Below are positions 46,737 to 58,198 of a stretch of DNA of 64,000 nucleotides, in pieces. Numbering within the stretch: the stretch's first letter is position 1; the number at the start of each line of letters is the position of its first letter. The DNA lies in the NCBI RefSeq assembly GCF_044647545.1, contig NZ_CP172818.1; one strand, 5' to 3'. Below the pieces are notes generated by a model. That model made no database searches. It saw only the letters and a program-made list of their open reading frames with translations, and had not been told where the DNA came from. Made by a program: the position numbers and the translations under genes. Source of the stretch: Escherichia coli (GTDB taxonomy: Bacteria; Pseudomonadota; Gammaproteobacteria; Enterobacterales; Enterobacteriaceae).

Positions 46737-46930
46737 TCTACCGCCTCTGAATTTCATCTTTTGTAAGCAATCAACTTAGCTGAATTTACTTTTCTTTAAC
46801 AGTTGATTCGTTAGTCGCCGATTACGACGGCATTAATGCGCAAATAAGTCGCTATACTTCGGATTTTTGCCATGCTATTCCTTTACATCTCTAAAACAAA
46901 ACATAACGAAACGCACTGCCGGACAGACAA

Positions 46931-48118
46931 ATGAACTTATCCCTACGACGCTCTACCAGCGCCCTTCTTGCCTCGTCGTTGTTATTAACCATCGGACGCG
47001 GCGCTACGCTGCCGTTTATGACCATTTACTTGAGTCGCCAGTACAGCCTGAGTGTCGATCTAATCGGTTATGCGATGACAATTGCGCTCACTATTGGCGT
47101 CGTTTTTAGCCTCGGTTTTGGTATCCTGGCGGATAAGTTCGACAAGAAACGCTATATGTTACTGGCAATTACCGCCTTCGCCAGCGGTTTTATTGCCATT
47201 CCTTTAGTGAATAACGTGACGCTGGTGGTGCTCTTTTTTGCCCTTATTAACTGCGCCTATTCCGTTTTTGCTACCGTGTTGAAAGCCTGGTTTGCCGACA
47301 ATCTTTCCTCCACCAGCAAAACGAAAATCTTCTCAATCAACTACACCATGCTCAACATTGGCTGGACCATCGGTCCGCCGCTCGGCACGCTGTTGGTGAT
47401 GCAGAGCATCAATCTGCCCTTTTGGCTGGCAGCTATCTGTTCCGCGTTTCCCATGCTTTTCATTCAAATTTGGGTAAAGCGCAGCGAGAAAATCATCGCC
47501 ACGGAAACAGGCAGTGCCTGGTCGCCGAAAGTTTTATTACAAGATAAAGCACTGTTGTGGTTTACCTGCTCTGGTTTTCTGGCTTCCTTTGTTAGTGGCG
47601 CATTTGCTTCATGCATTTCACAATATGTGATGGTGATTGCTGATGGGGATTTTGCCGAAAAGGTGGTCGCGGTTGTTCTTCCGGTGAATGCCGCCATGGT
47701 AGTTACGTTGCAATATTCCGTGGGCCGCCGACTTAACCCGGCTAACATCCGCGCGCTGATGACAGCAGGCACCCTCTGTTTCGTCATCGGTCTGGTTGGT
47801 TTTATTTTTTCCGGCAACAGCCTGCTAATGTGGGGTATGTCAGCTGCGGTATTTACTGTCGGTGAAATCATTTATGCGCCGGGCGAGTATATGTTGATTG
47901 ACCATATTGCGCCGCCAGGAATGAAAGCCAGCTATTTTTCCGCCCAGTCTTTAGGCTGGCTTGGTGCTGCGATTAACCCATTAGTGAGTGGCATAGTACT
48001 TACCAGTCTGCCGCCTTTCTCGCTGTTTATCATCTTAGCGTTGGTGATCGTTGCTGCGTGGGTGCTGATGTTAAAAGGAATTCGTGCAAGACCGTGGGGG
48101 CAGCCCGCGCTTTGTTGA
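46931..48118 (+). CDS. ydeE: MFS transporter YdeE, 395 aa
   Basis: 12-TM-type MFS ORF; synteny. Confidence 0.85.
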   Translation: MNLSLRRSTSALLASSLLLTIGRGATLPFMTIYLSRQYSLSVDLIGYAMTIALTIGVVFSLGFGILADKFDKKRYMLLAITAFASGFIAIPLVNNVTLVVLFFALINCAYSVFATVLKAWFADNLSSTSKTKIFSINYTMLNIGWTIGPPLGTLLVMQSINLPFWLAAICSAFPMLFIQIWVKRSEKIIATETGSAWSPKVLLQDKALLWFTCSGFLASFVSGAFASCISQYVMVIADGDFAEKVVAVVLPVNAAMVVTLQYSVGRRLNPANIRALMTAGTLCFVIGLVGFIFSGNSLLMWGMSAAVFTVGEIIYAPGEYMLIDHIAPPGMKASYFSAQSLGWLGAAINPLVSGIVLTSLPPFSLFIILALVIVAAWVLMLKGIRARPWGQPALC

Positions 48119-48244
48119 TTTAAGTCGAACACAATAAAAATTTAATTCAGCCTTCGTTTAGGTTACCTCTGCTAATATCTTTCTCATTGAGATGAAAATT
48201 AAGGTAAGCGAGGAAACACACCACACCATAAACGGAGGCAAATA

Positions 48245-48340
48245 ATGCTGGGTAATATGAATGTTTTTATGGCCGTACTGGGAATAATTTTATTTTCTGG
48301 GTTTCTGGCCGCGTATTTCAGCCACAAATGGGATGACTAA
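48245..48340 (+). CDS. mgtS: small membrane protein MgtS (YneM), 31 aa
   Basis: ATG at 48245: MLGNMNVFMAVLGIILFSGFLAAYFSHKWDD stop; below the ORF-track size cut-off; followed by an intrinsic terminator. Confidence 0.8.
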   Translation: MLGNMNVFMAVLGIILFSGFLAAYFSHKWDD

Positions 48341-48367
48341 TGAACGGAGATAATCCCTCACCTAACC

Positions 48368-48408
48368 GGCCCCTTGTTACAGTTGTGTACAAGGGGCCTG
48401 ATTTTTAT
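48368..48408 (+). terminator. rho-independent terminator of mgtS
   Basis: Stem ggcccctt / aaggggcc with 14-nt loop followed by TGATTTTTA. Confidence 0.6.
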
Positions 48409-48415
48409 GACGGCG

Positions 48416-48441
48416 AAAAAAAACCGCCAGTAAACCGGCGG
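48416..48441 (-). terminator. minus-strand rho-independent terminator (dgcZ transcript or 3-prime end of a small RNA such as MgrR)
   Basis: On minus strand: ccgccggtttactggcgg hairpin followed by TTTTTTTT; lies in the mgtS-dgcZ intergenic region where K-12 encodes the sRNA MgrR (strand and exact ends not verified here). Confidence 0.45.
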
Positions 48442-48558
48442 TGAATGCTTGCATGGATAGATTTGTGTTTTGCTTTTACGCTAACAGGCATTTTCCTGCA
48501 CTGATAACGGATCGTTGACACAGTAGCATCAGTTTTCTCAATGAATGTTAAACGGAGC

Positions 48559-49449
48559 TTAAACTCGGTGAATCACGTTTTGTTCGTCAATAAACATACA
48601 GCGATTTCTTCCGGTTTGCTTACCCTCATACATTGCCCGGTCCGCTCTTCCAATGACCACATCCAGAGGCTCTTCAGGAAATGCGCGACTCACACCTGCT
48701 GTCACGGTAATGTTGATATGCCCTTCAGAATGTGTGATGGCATGGTTATCGACTAACTGGCAAATTCTGATACCTGCACGACATGCTTCTTCATCATTAT
48801 CCGCTTTGACAATAATGATAAATTCTTCGCCCCCGTAGCGATAAACCGTTTCGTAATCACGCGTCCAACTGGCTAAGTAAGTTGCCAGGGTGCGTAATAC
48901 TACATCGCCGATTAAATGCCCGTAGGTATCATTAACCAATTTAAATCGGTCAATATCCAACAACATTAAATAAAGATTCAGAGGCTCAGCGTTGCGTAAC
49001 TGATGATCAAAGGATTCATCAAGAACCCGACGACCCGGCAATCCCGTCAAAACATCCATATTGCTACGGATCGTCAGCAAATAAATTTTGTAATCGGTTA
49101 ATGCCGCAGTAAAAGAAAGCAACCCTTCCTGAAAGGCGTCGAAATGCGCGTCCTGCCAGTGATTTTCAACAATAGCCAACATTAATTCCCGACCACAGTT
49201 ATGCATATGTTGATGGGCAGAATCCATTAGCCGAACGTAAGGTAATTCATCGTTATCGAGTGGCCCCAGATGATCAATCCACCGACCAAACTGGCACAGT
49301 CCATAAGAATGGTTATCCGTTATTTCTGGCTTACTGGCATCTCTCGCGACCACGCTGTGAAACATACTTACCAGCCACTGGTAGTGGGCATCGATAGCCT
49401 TATTGAGATTTAACAAGATGGCATCAATTTCCGTTGTCTTCTTGATCAT
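48559..49449 (-). CDS. dgcZ: zinc-regulated diguanylate cyclase DgcZ (YdeH), 296 aa
   Basis: Trimmed to MIKKTTEIDAILLNL start; C-terminal GGDEF domain (RYGGEEFIIIV) and N-terminal zinc-sensory region. Confidence 0.9.
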   Translation of the reverse strand: MIKKTTEIDAILLNLNKAIDAHYQWLVSMFHSVVARDASKPEITDNHSYGLCQFGRWIDHLGPLDNDELPYVRLMDSAHQHMHNCGRELMLAIVENHWQDAHFDAFQEGLLSFTAALTDYKIYLLTIRSNMDVLTGLPGRRVLDESFDHQLRNAEPLNLYLMLLDIDRFKLVNDTYGHLIGDVVLRTLATYLASWTRDYETVYRYGGEEFIIIVKADNDEEACRAGIRICQLVDNHAITHSEGHINITVTAGVSRAFPEEPLDVVIGRADRAMYEGKQTGRNRCMFIDEQNVIHRV

Positions 49450-49703
49450 TGCCACTCCTTTTTCACAGTTCCTTGTGCGCGCTATTCTAACGAGAGAAAA
49501 GCAAAATTACGTCAATATTTTCATAGAAATCCGAAGTTATGAGCCATCTCTGAGATAACATTGTGATTTAAAACAAAATCAGTAGATAAAAAAGTGTTTA
49601 ATTCTGTAAATTAACTCTGCATTATCGCAATTAAAAGGATGACAAATAGCATAACCCAATACCCTAATGGCCCAGTAGTTCAGGCCATCAGGCTAATTTA
49701 TTT

Positions 49704-50096
49704 TTATTTCTGCAACTGAGTGACCCGAACGACGGCCGGCGCGCTTTTCTTATCCAGACTGCCGCTAATGTTGATCATCTGGTCCGGCTGAACTTCTCGT
49801 CCATCAAAGACGGCCGCAGGAATAACAACATTAATTTCACCGCTCTTATCGCGAAAAACGTAACGGTCCTCTCCTTTGTGAGAAATCAAATTACCGCGTA
49901 GTGAAACCGAAGCGCCATCGTGCATGGTTTTTGCGAAATCAACGGTCATTTTTTTTGCATCGTCGGTTCCGCGATAGCCATCTTCTATTGCATGAGGCGG
50001 CGGTGGCGCTGCATCCTGTTTTAAACCGCCCGGGTCATCTGCCAACGCATAAGGCATGACAAGAAAACTTGCTAATACAATGGCCTGAAATTTCAT
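49704..50096 (-). CDS. ydeI: periplasmic OB-fold (BOF) protein YdeI, 130 aa
   Basis: Signal peptide plus about 110-aa mature domain; synteny. Confidence 0.8.
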   Translation of the reverse strand: MKFQAIVLASFLVMPYALADDPGGLKQDAAPPPPHAIEDGYRGTDDAKKMTVDFAKTMHDGASVSLRGNLISHKGEDRYVFRDKSGEINVVIPAAVFDGREVQPDQMINISGSLDKKSAPAVVRVTQLQK

Positions 50097-50459
50097 ACTG
50101 ACTCCTTAATTGCGTTTGGTTTGACTTATTAAGTCTGGTTGCTATTTTTATAATTGACAATTAAGATTACTTCCAATTGTTATAAGGCATTTAAAATCAG
50201 GTAACTAGCTGTCAAATATTCAGAGAATTTAACTCACTAAGGTTAAGAAGAAGATTAAAGAGTCTTAAACATATTTCAGAATAATCAGATTTATAAATTT
50301 GAAAATTATTATAACGGAAGGGTATACAAAAAAAGATTTTGCTGGCGACTGCGAAACGGCATTCGCATTAGCGGTGAAGTTTGCCCTCGCCCAGCTGCTG
50401 CAATTACTGCTATAACGAGGCTGGTCTGGCGATAAATCCAGGCCAGCCATTGGTGGTGT

Positions 50460-52505
50460 TTATACGTTCAAGCCACGATGTTGCAGCATCGGCATAATCT
50501 GAGGTGCCTTACCGCGCCATTGTCGATACAGGCGTTCCAGATCCTCGCTGTTACCTCTGGAAAGGATCGCCTCGCGAAAACGCAGCCCATTTTCACGCGT
50601 TAATCCGCCCTGCTCAACAAACCACTGATAACCATCATCGGCCAACATTTGCGTCCACAGATAAGCGTAATAACCCGCGGCATATCCGCCACCAAAAATA
50701 TGGGCGAAATAACTGCTGCGATAGCGTGGCGGTATAGCGGGAAGATCCATATTTTCCGCCACCAGCGCCCGCAATTCGAAATCATCGACATCCTGCATTG
50801 CTTCGTTTTCTTCCAGGCAATGCCAGCGCATATCGAGAAGTGCGGCGCTAAGCAGTTCGCTCATCTCATACCCTTTATTGAACAGGCTGGCATTACGCAT
50901 TTTCTGTTGCAGTTCGTCAGGCATTGCTGCCCCGCTCTGATAATGCCGGGCGTAGCGAGCGAATACCTGCGGATGCGTTGCCCAGTGTTCGTTGATTTGC
51001 GACGGAAATTCGACAAAATCACGCGGCGTGTTGGTGCCGGAAAGCGTAGCATAACGCTGGCAGGCAAACAGGCCGTGCAGCGTATGACCAAATTCATGGA
51101 ATAAGGTTATTACATCATCCCAGAGTAACAACGCAGGCTCCCCAGCAGCGGGTTTCTGATAATTGCAGACGTTATAAATTACCGGATGCGTTTCATTAAG
51201 CGTTGATTGCTCAACAAAATTGCCCATCCATGCACCGCCGCTTTTTGAATCACGGGCGAAGAAATCACCGTAAAATAACGCCAGCCCCACGCCATTATGA
51301 TCAAAAATTTCCCACACCCGAACGTCAGGATGGTAGACAGGAATATCAAAACGTTCGACAAACTTAATACCGAAGAGCTGATTCGCAGTCCAGAATACAC
51401 CTTCATTCAACACCGTGTTTAATTCAAAATATGGCTTGAGCTGCGATTCATCGAGATCGAATTTCTCACGTCTTACCTGCTCGGCATAAAATGCCCAGTC
51501 CCACGGCTGCGCGCTAAACCCGCCCTGCTGCTTATCGATAACCGCCTGTATGGAGGCTAATTCATCGCTCGCACGTTGACGCGCCGCTGGAACAATTTCC
51601 CGCATAAAGTTGAGCGCTGCTTCTGGCGTTTTTGCCATCTGATCGGCGATTTTCCATGCGGCATAATGAGGAAAACCAAGCAGTTTCGCCTGCTGCGCGC
51701 GGATCTCCACCAGACGTTGAATGATAGCGCGGGTATCATTGGCATCATTTTTTTCCGCTCGCATCCAGCCCGCAGTAAACAGTTTTTCACGCGTCGCGCG
51801 ATCGCACAGTTCAGCAAGCGCTGGTTGTTGGGTGGTATTCAGCAGCGGAATCAGCCATTTGTTATACAGACCTTTCTCGCGAGCCGCCTCTGCCGCCAGC
51901 GCAATCTCTTGCTCACTCATTCCTGCCAGCTGCGCGATATCGTTCACAACCAGACCGCCGGATTTATTTGCTGCCAGTAACCGCTGGTTAAACTGGCTGG
52001 TCAGGGTCGCAGCTTCTGTATTCAGTACTTTTAATTTTGCTTTATCAGCTTGCTTAAGTTTGGCTCCGGCAAGGACAAAACGTTGATGAATCACCTCCAC
52101 CAGGCGGATGGATTCACTATCAAGCCCCAGGGATTCACGGCGCTGCCAGACAGCATCTACCCGCGCGAATAATTCCCCGTTCAGATAGATATCATTCGCA
52201 AGTTCCGCCAGTTCAGCGGAAAACTGTTCATCAAGACGCTGTAATTCATCATTGGTATGCGCCGCAGTCATCGCAAAAAAGACGCTGGTAACGCGGGTAA
52301 GTAATTCTCCGCTTTGTTCCAGTGCCAGAATAGTATTGTTGAAATCAGGTGTTTGCGGGTTAAGCGCGATGGCAGCAATTTCTGCCCGCTTTTGCTGCAT
52401 TCCCTCATCGAATGCCGGGCGATAGTGATGATTGGCAATTTGATCAAAATGGGGAGCCAGATACGGCAGTGTGCTTTGCACAAGGAAAGGATTCATTGTT
52501 GTCAT
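50460..52505 (-). CDS. dcp: dipeptidyl carboxypeptidase Dcp (M3 metallopeptidase), 681 aa
   Basis: ORF track 703 aa; trimmed to MTTMNPFLVQ start (681 aa); zinc-binding HEFGH motif present. Confidence 0.9.
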   Translation of the reverse strand: MTTMNPFLVQSTLPYLAPHFDQIANHHYRPAFDEGMQQKRAEIAAIALNPQTPDFNNTILALEQSGELLTRVTSVFFAMTAAHTNDELQRLDEQFSAELAELANDIYLNGELFARVDAVWQRRESLGLDSESIRLVEVIHQRFVLAGAKLKQADKAKLKVLNTEAATLTSQFNQRLLAANKSGGLVVNDIAQLAGMSEQEIALAAEAAREKGLYNKWLIPLLNTTQQPALAELCDRATREKLFTAGWMRAEKNDANDTRAIIQRLVEIRAQQAKLLGFPHYAAWKIADQMAKTPEAALNFMREIVPAARQRASDELASIQAVIDKQQGGFSAQPWDWAFYAEQVRREKFDLDESQLKPYFELNTVLNEGVFWTANQLFGIKFVERFDIPVYHPDVRVWEIFDHNGVGLALFYGDFFARDSKSGGAWMGNFVEQSTLNETHPVIYNVCNYQKPAAGEPALLLWDDVITLFHEFGHTLHGLFACQRYATLSGTNTPRDFVEFPSQINEHWATHPQVFARYARHYQSGAAMPDELQQKMRNASLFNKGYEMSELLSAALLDMRWHCLEENEAMQDVDDFELRALVAENMDLPAIPPRYRSSYFAHIFGGGYAAGYYAYLWTQMLADDGYQWFVEQGGLTRENGLRFREAILSRGNSEDLERLYRQWRGKAPQIMPMLQHRGLNV

Positions 52506-52641
52506 TTTCTTCTCCTGAACGCGAGGTGTTCCATAGCGTAGGCTTACTGATAACGGAGTGCAATCTTGCAAACCAGTATTACCCGCTCTTAAGCATCACG
52601 TGCTATGTTATTGACACACAAAAGCGTTGAGGAACAGTGAG

Positions 52642-53388
52642 ATGATCGTTTTAGTAACTGGAGCAACGGCAGGTTTTGGTGAATGCATTACTCGTCGTTT
52701 TATTCAACAAGGGCATAAAGTTATCGCCACTGGCCGTCGCCAGGAGCGGTTGCAGGAGTTAAAAGACGAACTGGGAGATAATCTGTATATCGCCCAACTG
52801 GACGTTCGCAACCGCGCCGCTATTGAAGAGATGCTGGCATCGCTTCCTGCCGAGTGGTGCAATATTGATATCCTGGTAAATAATGCCGGTCTGGCGTTGG
52901 GCATGGAGCCTGCGCATAAAGCCAGCGTTGAAGACTGGGAAACGATGATTGATACCAACAACAAAGGCCTGGTATATATGACGCGCGCCGTCTTACCGGG
53001 TATGGTTGAACGTAATCATGGTCATATTATTAACATTGGCTCAACGGCAGGCAGCTGGCCGTATGCCGGTGGTAACGTTTACGGTGCGACGAAAGCGTTT
53101 GTTCGTCAGTTTAGCCTGAATCTGCGTACGGACCTGCATGGTACGGCGGTGCGCGTCACCGACATCGAACCGGGTCTGGTGGGTGGCACCGAGTTTTCCA
53201 ATGTCCGCTTTAAAGGCGATGACGGTAAAGCGGAAAAAACCTATCAAAATACCGTTGCATTGACGCCAGAAGATGTCAGCGAAGCCGTCTGGTGGGTGTC
53301 AACGCTGCCTGCTCACGTCAATATCAATACCCTGGAAATGATGCCGGTTACCCAAAGCTATGCCGGACTGAATGTCCACCGTCAGTAA
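52642..53388 (+). CDS. ydfG: NADP-dependent 3-hydroxy acid dehydrogenase YdfG (SDR family), 248 aa
   Basis: Trimmed to MIVLVTGATAGFG (Rossmann TGxxxGxG) start; SDR active-site region present. Confidence 0.9.
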   Translation: MIVLVTGATAGFGECITRRFIQQGHKVIATGRRQERLQELKDELGDNLYIAQLDVRNRAAIEEMLASLPAEWCNIDILVNNAGLALGMEPAHKASVEDWETMIDTNNKGLVYMTRAVLPGMVERNHGHIINIGSTAGSWPYAGGNVYGATKAFVRQFSLNLRTDLHGTAVRVTDIEPGLVGGTEFSNVRFKGDDGKAEKTYQNTVALTPEDVSEAVWWVSTLPAHVNINTLEMMPVTQSYAGLNVHRQ

Positions 53389-53476
53389 TTTTTATACCCG
53401 GCGTAACTGCCGGGTTATTGCTTGTCACAAAAAAGTGGTAGACTCATGCAGTTAACTCACTCACAAGCAAGAACGA

Positions 53477-54163
53477 ATGACCGTCGAAACGCAACTTAAT
53501 CCCACACAGCCTGTCAATCAGCAGATTTATCGTATTCTTCGTCGCGACATTGTCCATTGCCTGATTGCTCCAGGCACACCGTTGTCGGAAAAAGAAGTTT
53601 CTGTTCGTTTCAATGTGTCACGCCAGCCGGTTCGTGAAGCCTTTATTAAACTGGCGGAAAACGGCCTGATTCAAATTCGTCCGCAGCGTGGCAGCTACGT
53701 CAACAAAATTTCCATGGCCCAGGTGCGCAACGGCAGTTTTATCCGTCAGGCCATTGAGTGCGCGGTGGCGCGTCGGGCGGCGAGCATGATTACCGAAAGC
53801 CAGTGCTACCAACTGGAACAAAATCTTCACCAGCAACGCATTGCCATTGAGCGCAAGCAACTGGATGATTTTTTTGAACTTGATGACAACTTCCATCAAC
53901 TCCTGACCCAGATTGCCGACTGTCAACTGGCGTGGGAAACCATTGAGAACCTGAAAGCGACCGTTGATCGCGTGCGCTATATGAGTTTCGACCACGTTTC
54001 TCCACCAGAAATGCTGTTACGCCAGCATCTTGAGATTTTCTCTGCCCTGCAAAAACGTGATGGCGATGCGGTAGAACGTGCAATGACGCAACATTTGCAG
54101 GAAATCAGCGAATCTGTGCGCCAGATCCGCCAGGAAAACAGCGACTGGTTTAGCGAAGAGTAA
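53477..54163 (+). CDS. rspR: GntR-family transcriptional regulator RspR (YdfH), 228 aa
   Basis: N-terminal GntR-type HTH and FCD-type C-terminal domain; synteny. Confidence 0.8.
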   Translation: MTVETQLNPTQPVNQQIYRILRRDIVHCLIAPGTPLSEKEVSVRFNVSRQPVREAFIKLAENGLIQIRPQRGSYVNKISMAQVRNGSFIRQAIECAVARRAASMITESQCYQLEQNLHQQRIAIERKQLDDFFELDDNFHQLLTQIADCQLAWETIENLKATVDRVRYMSFDHVSPPEMLLRQHLEIFSALQKRDGDAVERAMTQHLQEISESVRQIRQENSDWFSEE

Positions 54164-54339
54164 TTCATTTCCTCTCATCCCATCCGGGGTGAGAGTCTTT
54201 TCCCCCGACTTATGGCTCATGCATGCATCAAAAAAGATGTGAGCTTGATCAAAAACAAAAAATATTTCACTCGACAGGAGTATTTATATTGCGCCCGTTA
54301 CGTGGGCTTCGACTGTAAATCAGAAAGGAGAAAACACCT

Positions 54340-54543
54340 ATGACGACCTACGATCGTAACCGTAACGCAATCACCACTGGCAGCCGTGTTATGGTTAGCG
54401 GCACCGGTCACACTGGCAAGATCCTGTCGATTGATACTGAAGGTCTGACCGCTGAGCAAATCCGCCGCGGAAAAACCGTAGTTGTTGAAGGTTGTGAAGA
54501 GAAACTGGCACCTCTGGACCTGATTCGTCTCGGCATGAACTAA
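54340..54543 (+). CDS. ydfZ: putative selenium-binding protein YdfZ, 67 aa
   Basis: 67-aa ORF with good RBS (aggagaaaacacctATG), followed by terminator. Confidence 0.8.
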
Positions 54544-54551
54544 GCGTGTGA

Positions 54552-54580
54552 ATGCCGCCGATGGCGGCATTGCTTTTTTT
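54552..54580. terminator. bidirectional rho-independent terminator between convergent ydfZ and ydfI
   Basis: Hairpin atgccgcc-gat-ggcggcat followed by TTTTTTT on plus strand. Confidence 0.6.
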
Positions 54581-56039
54581 ACTTCACGGAATATTTCGCC
54601 ACGGTCGCTTTCGCACCATGCGCTAATAAAGACAAGTACGCTTCCGTCACTTTTGCAGTAAACAAGCTATTGTCTGGCAAATCATCACCAAAGATCGCCT
54701 TAATCGCCAGCAATGACTGGACGCGCGCTTTCCCTTCGGCACTACTTTGTACAGCCTTCTGAATAACAGGTAACAGTGGGTCACTGATTTCTATCGGATT
54801 TCCCTGTTCATCAACACCACCGACATAACGCATCCAACCCGCGACGCCTAGCGCCAGCAGATCGAACTTGCTGTCATGCGCCAGATGCCAGCGAACAGAA
54901 TCCAACATCCGCTGTGGCAATTTCTGGCTGCCATCCATCGCAATCTGCCAGGTTCGATGACGTAGCGCCGGGTTGCTATAGCGTTCAATTAATCGGTTAG
55001 CGTAATCTTGCAAATCAACGCCCTGCACTTTCAACGTCGGCGCTTGTTCATGCAACATCAAGGCATACGCTGCATGACGATAATGTTCATCTTCCATGCA
55101 GTCATTAATGTGCTGATATCCGGCAAGATAACCCAGATACGCCAGGAATGAATGACTGCCGTTGAGCATGCGCAACTTCATCTCTTCATAAGGCAGCACA
55201 TCACTAACCAGTTCGGCTCCCGCTTTTTCCCATTCCGGACGTCCGGCAACAAAGTTATCTTCTATTACCCACTGGCGGAAAGGTTCACAGGCAACGCCAG
55301 CAGGATCGCGCACACCGGTAAGTTGTTCGATTTTCGCCAGCGTATCCTCTGTCACTGCGGGCACAATACGGTCCACCATTGTTGATGGGAAAGTCACGTT
55401 TTCTTCGATCCATTGTGCCAGTTTTACATCAACAGCTTGCGCGTAGGAAGTGACAACGTCACGCATAACATGACCGTTTTCTGGCATGTTGTCACATGAC
55501 ATGACGGTAAATGCGGGAAGTCCTGCCGCTTTACGGCGAGCCAGCGCCTCGACAATCACCCCTATTGCAGTTTTCGGCTGGTGGGGATTTTGTACATCGG
55601 CAACGACCATCGGGTGATCGGGCATTAACTGTCCGGTCGCCGGAGAGTGGAAATACCCTTTTTCGGTGATTGTCAGAGAGACAATCGCGATTTGCGGTTC
55701 ACACATCGCAGCCAACACGGTTTCTAAGCCATCAATCTGTACGTGCAAGGCTTTTTTAACGACGCCAACGACGCGAGCCGTCCACGCATCGGCCGACATT
55801 TCCGCAACGGTATAAAGATTATCTTGCTGTTGTAAATCGGCAATTTGCTGTTCGCCGCCGATTAAATTGACCTCATAATATCCCCAGTCACTGAAATGTT
55901 CCGTAGCAAGAATATCGGCATACACACCCTGATGCGCACGGTGAAATGCACCAAAGCCTAAATGAACAATTCTTGGGGCCAGGTTATTACGATCATAAAC
56001 AGGGAGCGTCGCTTTTGCTGATAACAAATTATTTCCCAT
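54579..56039 (-). CDS. ydfI: mannitol-dehydrogenase-family oxidoreductase YdfI, 486 aa
   Basis: 486-aa ORF with N-terminal Rossmann-type fold; co-oriented with ydfJ transporter. Confidence 0.85.
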   Translation of the reverse strand: MGNNLLSAKATLPVYDRNNLAPRIVHLGFGAFHRAHQGVYADILATEHFSDWGYYEVNLIGGEQQIADLQQQDNLYTVAEMSADAWTARVVGVVKKALHVQIDGLETVLAAMCEPQIAIVSLTITEKGYFHSPATGQLMPDHPMVVADVQNPHQPKTAIGVIVEALARRKAAGLPAFTVMSCDNMPENGHVMRDVVTSYAQAVDVKLAQWIEENVTFPSTMVDRIVPAVTEDTLAKIEQLTGVRDPAGVACEPFRQWVIEDNFVAGRPEWEKAGAELVSDVLPYEEMKLRMLNGSHSFLAYLGYLAGYQHINDCMEDEHYRHAAYALMLHEQAPTLKVQGVDLQDYANRLIERYSNPALRHRTWQIAMDGSQKLPQRMLDSVRWHLAHDSKFDLLALGVAGWMRYVGGVDEQGNPIEISDPLLPVIQKAVQSSAEGKARVQSLLAIKAIFGDDLPDNSLFTAKVTEAYLSLLAHGAKATVAKYSVK

Positions 56040-56128
56040 AACAATTCCTTAAATTTAAATATGGCAAGCTGCATGTTTTGTTATATGAATAAAAAATCCC
56101 CTCTCCGGTAAGAGAAGGGATGGAGGAT

Positions 56129-57412
56129 TTACAGACTTCTTGAAGGTTGCGCTGCTGTTACAACACGCGGTTGATCTTCCGCGGCATCTTCCAGTGCACT
56201 TAAATCACGGTCTTTCACTTCTGGCATTTTCAGCGCAGAGATTAAACCAATCACTGAATATGCCATGATCATAATGGCGATCGGATACCAGGATTCCGTC
56301 ATGGTGCAGAAAATACCCGCCAGGATAGGACCAAAACCGGAAGCGATAAGACCACCAATTTCTTTAGAAATAGCCATCCGGGTAAAGCGGTTTTTACAGC
56401 CGAACATTTCTGCCATGGTAATGTTTTCCAGAGCAAATAATCCCAGCACCGCACAGTTATGAATCACAATCAGTGCAACCATAATGGTGCTCGGGGCATA
56501 GCTTTTATCTACGATGATAGAAAGCATTGGCCACGCCAGCACAATCGCAGAGGTATTCATAATAATATACGGGATCCGGCGACCTATTTTATCGGATAAC
56601 CAACCAAGGAACGGAATGGTCATAAAGCCGAGAATCGAACTGATCATCAATGCATCTGTTGGAATTGCTTTGTTAAACAATAACGTCTGCACTAAATAGC
56701 CTGCAAGGAAAGTCTGAATTAAACCTGAGTTACCAGCCTGACCAAAACGCAGCCCTGTTGCCAGCCAGAAGGATTTGCTCTGGAACATGCTACCAGCAGG
56801 TGCAGGTTTTGCTGTCGGTTGATTGCTGTCGTTAACCTTCTCAAAGACCGGGCTTTCTTTCAGATTCATACGCAACCAGATAGCAAAGACCATCACGACA
56901 ACGCTCGCCAGGAACGGTATACGCCATCCCCACGCCAACAGTTCCTCTTTACTGAGAATGAAGAACATAAAGGCCCAGATTGCCGTTGCGCTCAAGGTTC
57001 CGCAGTTAGTCCCCATAGCAACAAATGAGGAGATAATTCCGCGCTTACCTTTTGGCGCATATTCCGCCAGCATCGTACCGGCACCGGAAATTTCCGCACC
57101 TGCACCCAATCCCTGAATAATACGCAGCGTCACCAGCAAGATGGGTGCAAAAACACCAATCTGTGCATAGGTCGGTAACACACCAATTAAGGTGGTACAG
57201 ATCCCCATCATGGTGATGGTAATAAAGAGTACTTTTTTACGCCCTATTCTGTCGCCCATTTTGCCGAAAATAAATGCTCCGACAATACGCGCCACATAAC
57301 CTGCACCGTAGGTTCCCATTGCCAGAATTAACGCCATTGCCGTTGATGATTCAGGAAAAAATATTTCATGAAACACTAACGCTGCGCCGAGCGAATATAA
57401 CTGGAAATCCAT
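56129..57412 (-). CDS. ydfJ: MFS metabolite:H+ symporter YdfJ, apparently N-terminally truncated (427 aa)
   Basis: MFS signature GKMGDRIGRKK occurs at residue about 50 of the ORF, implying TM1 and upstream sequence are missing; the 5-prime end abuts the prophage boundary. Confidence 0.7.
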   Translation of the reverse strand: MDFQLYSLGAALVFHEIFFPESSTAMALILAMGTYGAGYVARIVGAFIFGKMGDRIGRKKVLFITITMMGICTTLIGVLPTYAQIGVFAPILLVTLRIIQGLGAGAEISGAGTMLAEYAPKGKRGIISSFVAMGTNCGTLSATAIWAFMFFILSKEELLAWGWRIPFLASVVVMVFAIWLRMNLKESPVFEKVNDSNQPTAKPAPAGSMFQSKSFWLATGLRFGQAGNSGLIQTFLAGYLVQTLLFNKAIPTDALMISSILGFMTIPFLGWLSDKIGRRIPYIIMNTSAIVLAWPMLSIIVDKSYAPSTIMVALIVIHNCAVLGLFALENITMAEMFGCKNRFTRMAISKEIGGLIASGFGPILAGIFCTMTESWYPIAIMIMAYSVIGLISALKMPEVKDRDLSALEDAAEDQPRVVTAAQPSRSL

Positions 57413-58198
57413 AATTCACAGGTGTTTTTTCCCATCCTGTGGTTTCCTTGGCGTTTTCTAGGTTTTTTCAGATAGTTGCATTTTTTAAAAAGCATCCTAA
57501 GTTCGATCTCAGTGTCTATCTGGGGCCTATTTCTGTCCCATATATGCCCCAAAAAAAACTCCCCAACAGATAAGTAGTTTTTTCATGGATTTATGCGTAA
57601 AATCAAGAACGGCTGGAAATCATTCAATACTCACACTATCGAAAAATTTACCAGCCAACCGCAGCACGTTCTTGCATAAGGCGTGTCTGCGGTTTTTCAA
57701 CTATTCAGATACATCACTCCCATCACATTCATTCCTCCGCATCAAAGGCATATAGGCTATATCACCTTGATATTTTTCTTTTTCAGATAAAAACTGTTAT
57801 CTATGTATACTTTTAAACCCAATCCGTGTAGAGTCTCTGCATAAGATAGTTTACAGTTGCCGCTTCAGCTTGCGCCATAAACCGCCTGATTTTTGCTGCC
57901 ACCTGTTAGCATTCCTGTATACCTGAAACGACAATGTTTATCTACGAACTTTAAGAACACCCAAGATAAAAATTGTCAACTATATCATATATAACACATT
58001 ACTAATTCGAGGCTATATGAACAGCATACTGATAATCACATCTCTCCTTATCATATTCAGCATTTTTAGTCATGCCCTAATAAAATTAGGGATTGGCATA
58101 TCCAATAACCCAGACAAAACCGATGTATAAGTCAACATATCCTGAATCAGACATACAATATCGCAATGAAAATCAATAATATTTTAAGGAATATCTTC

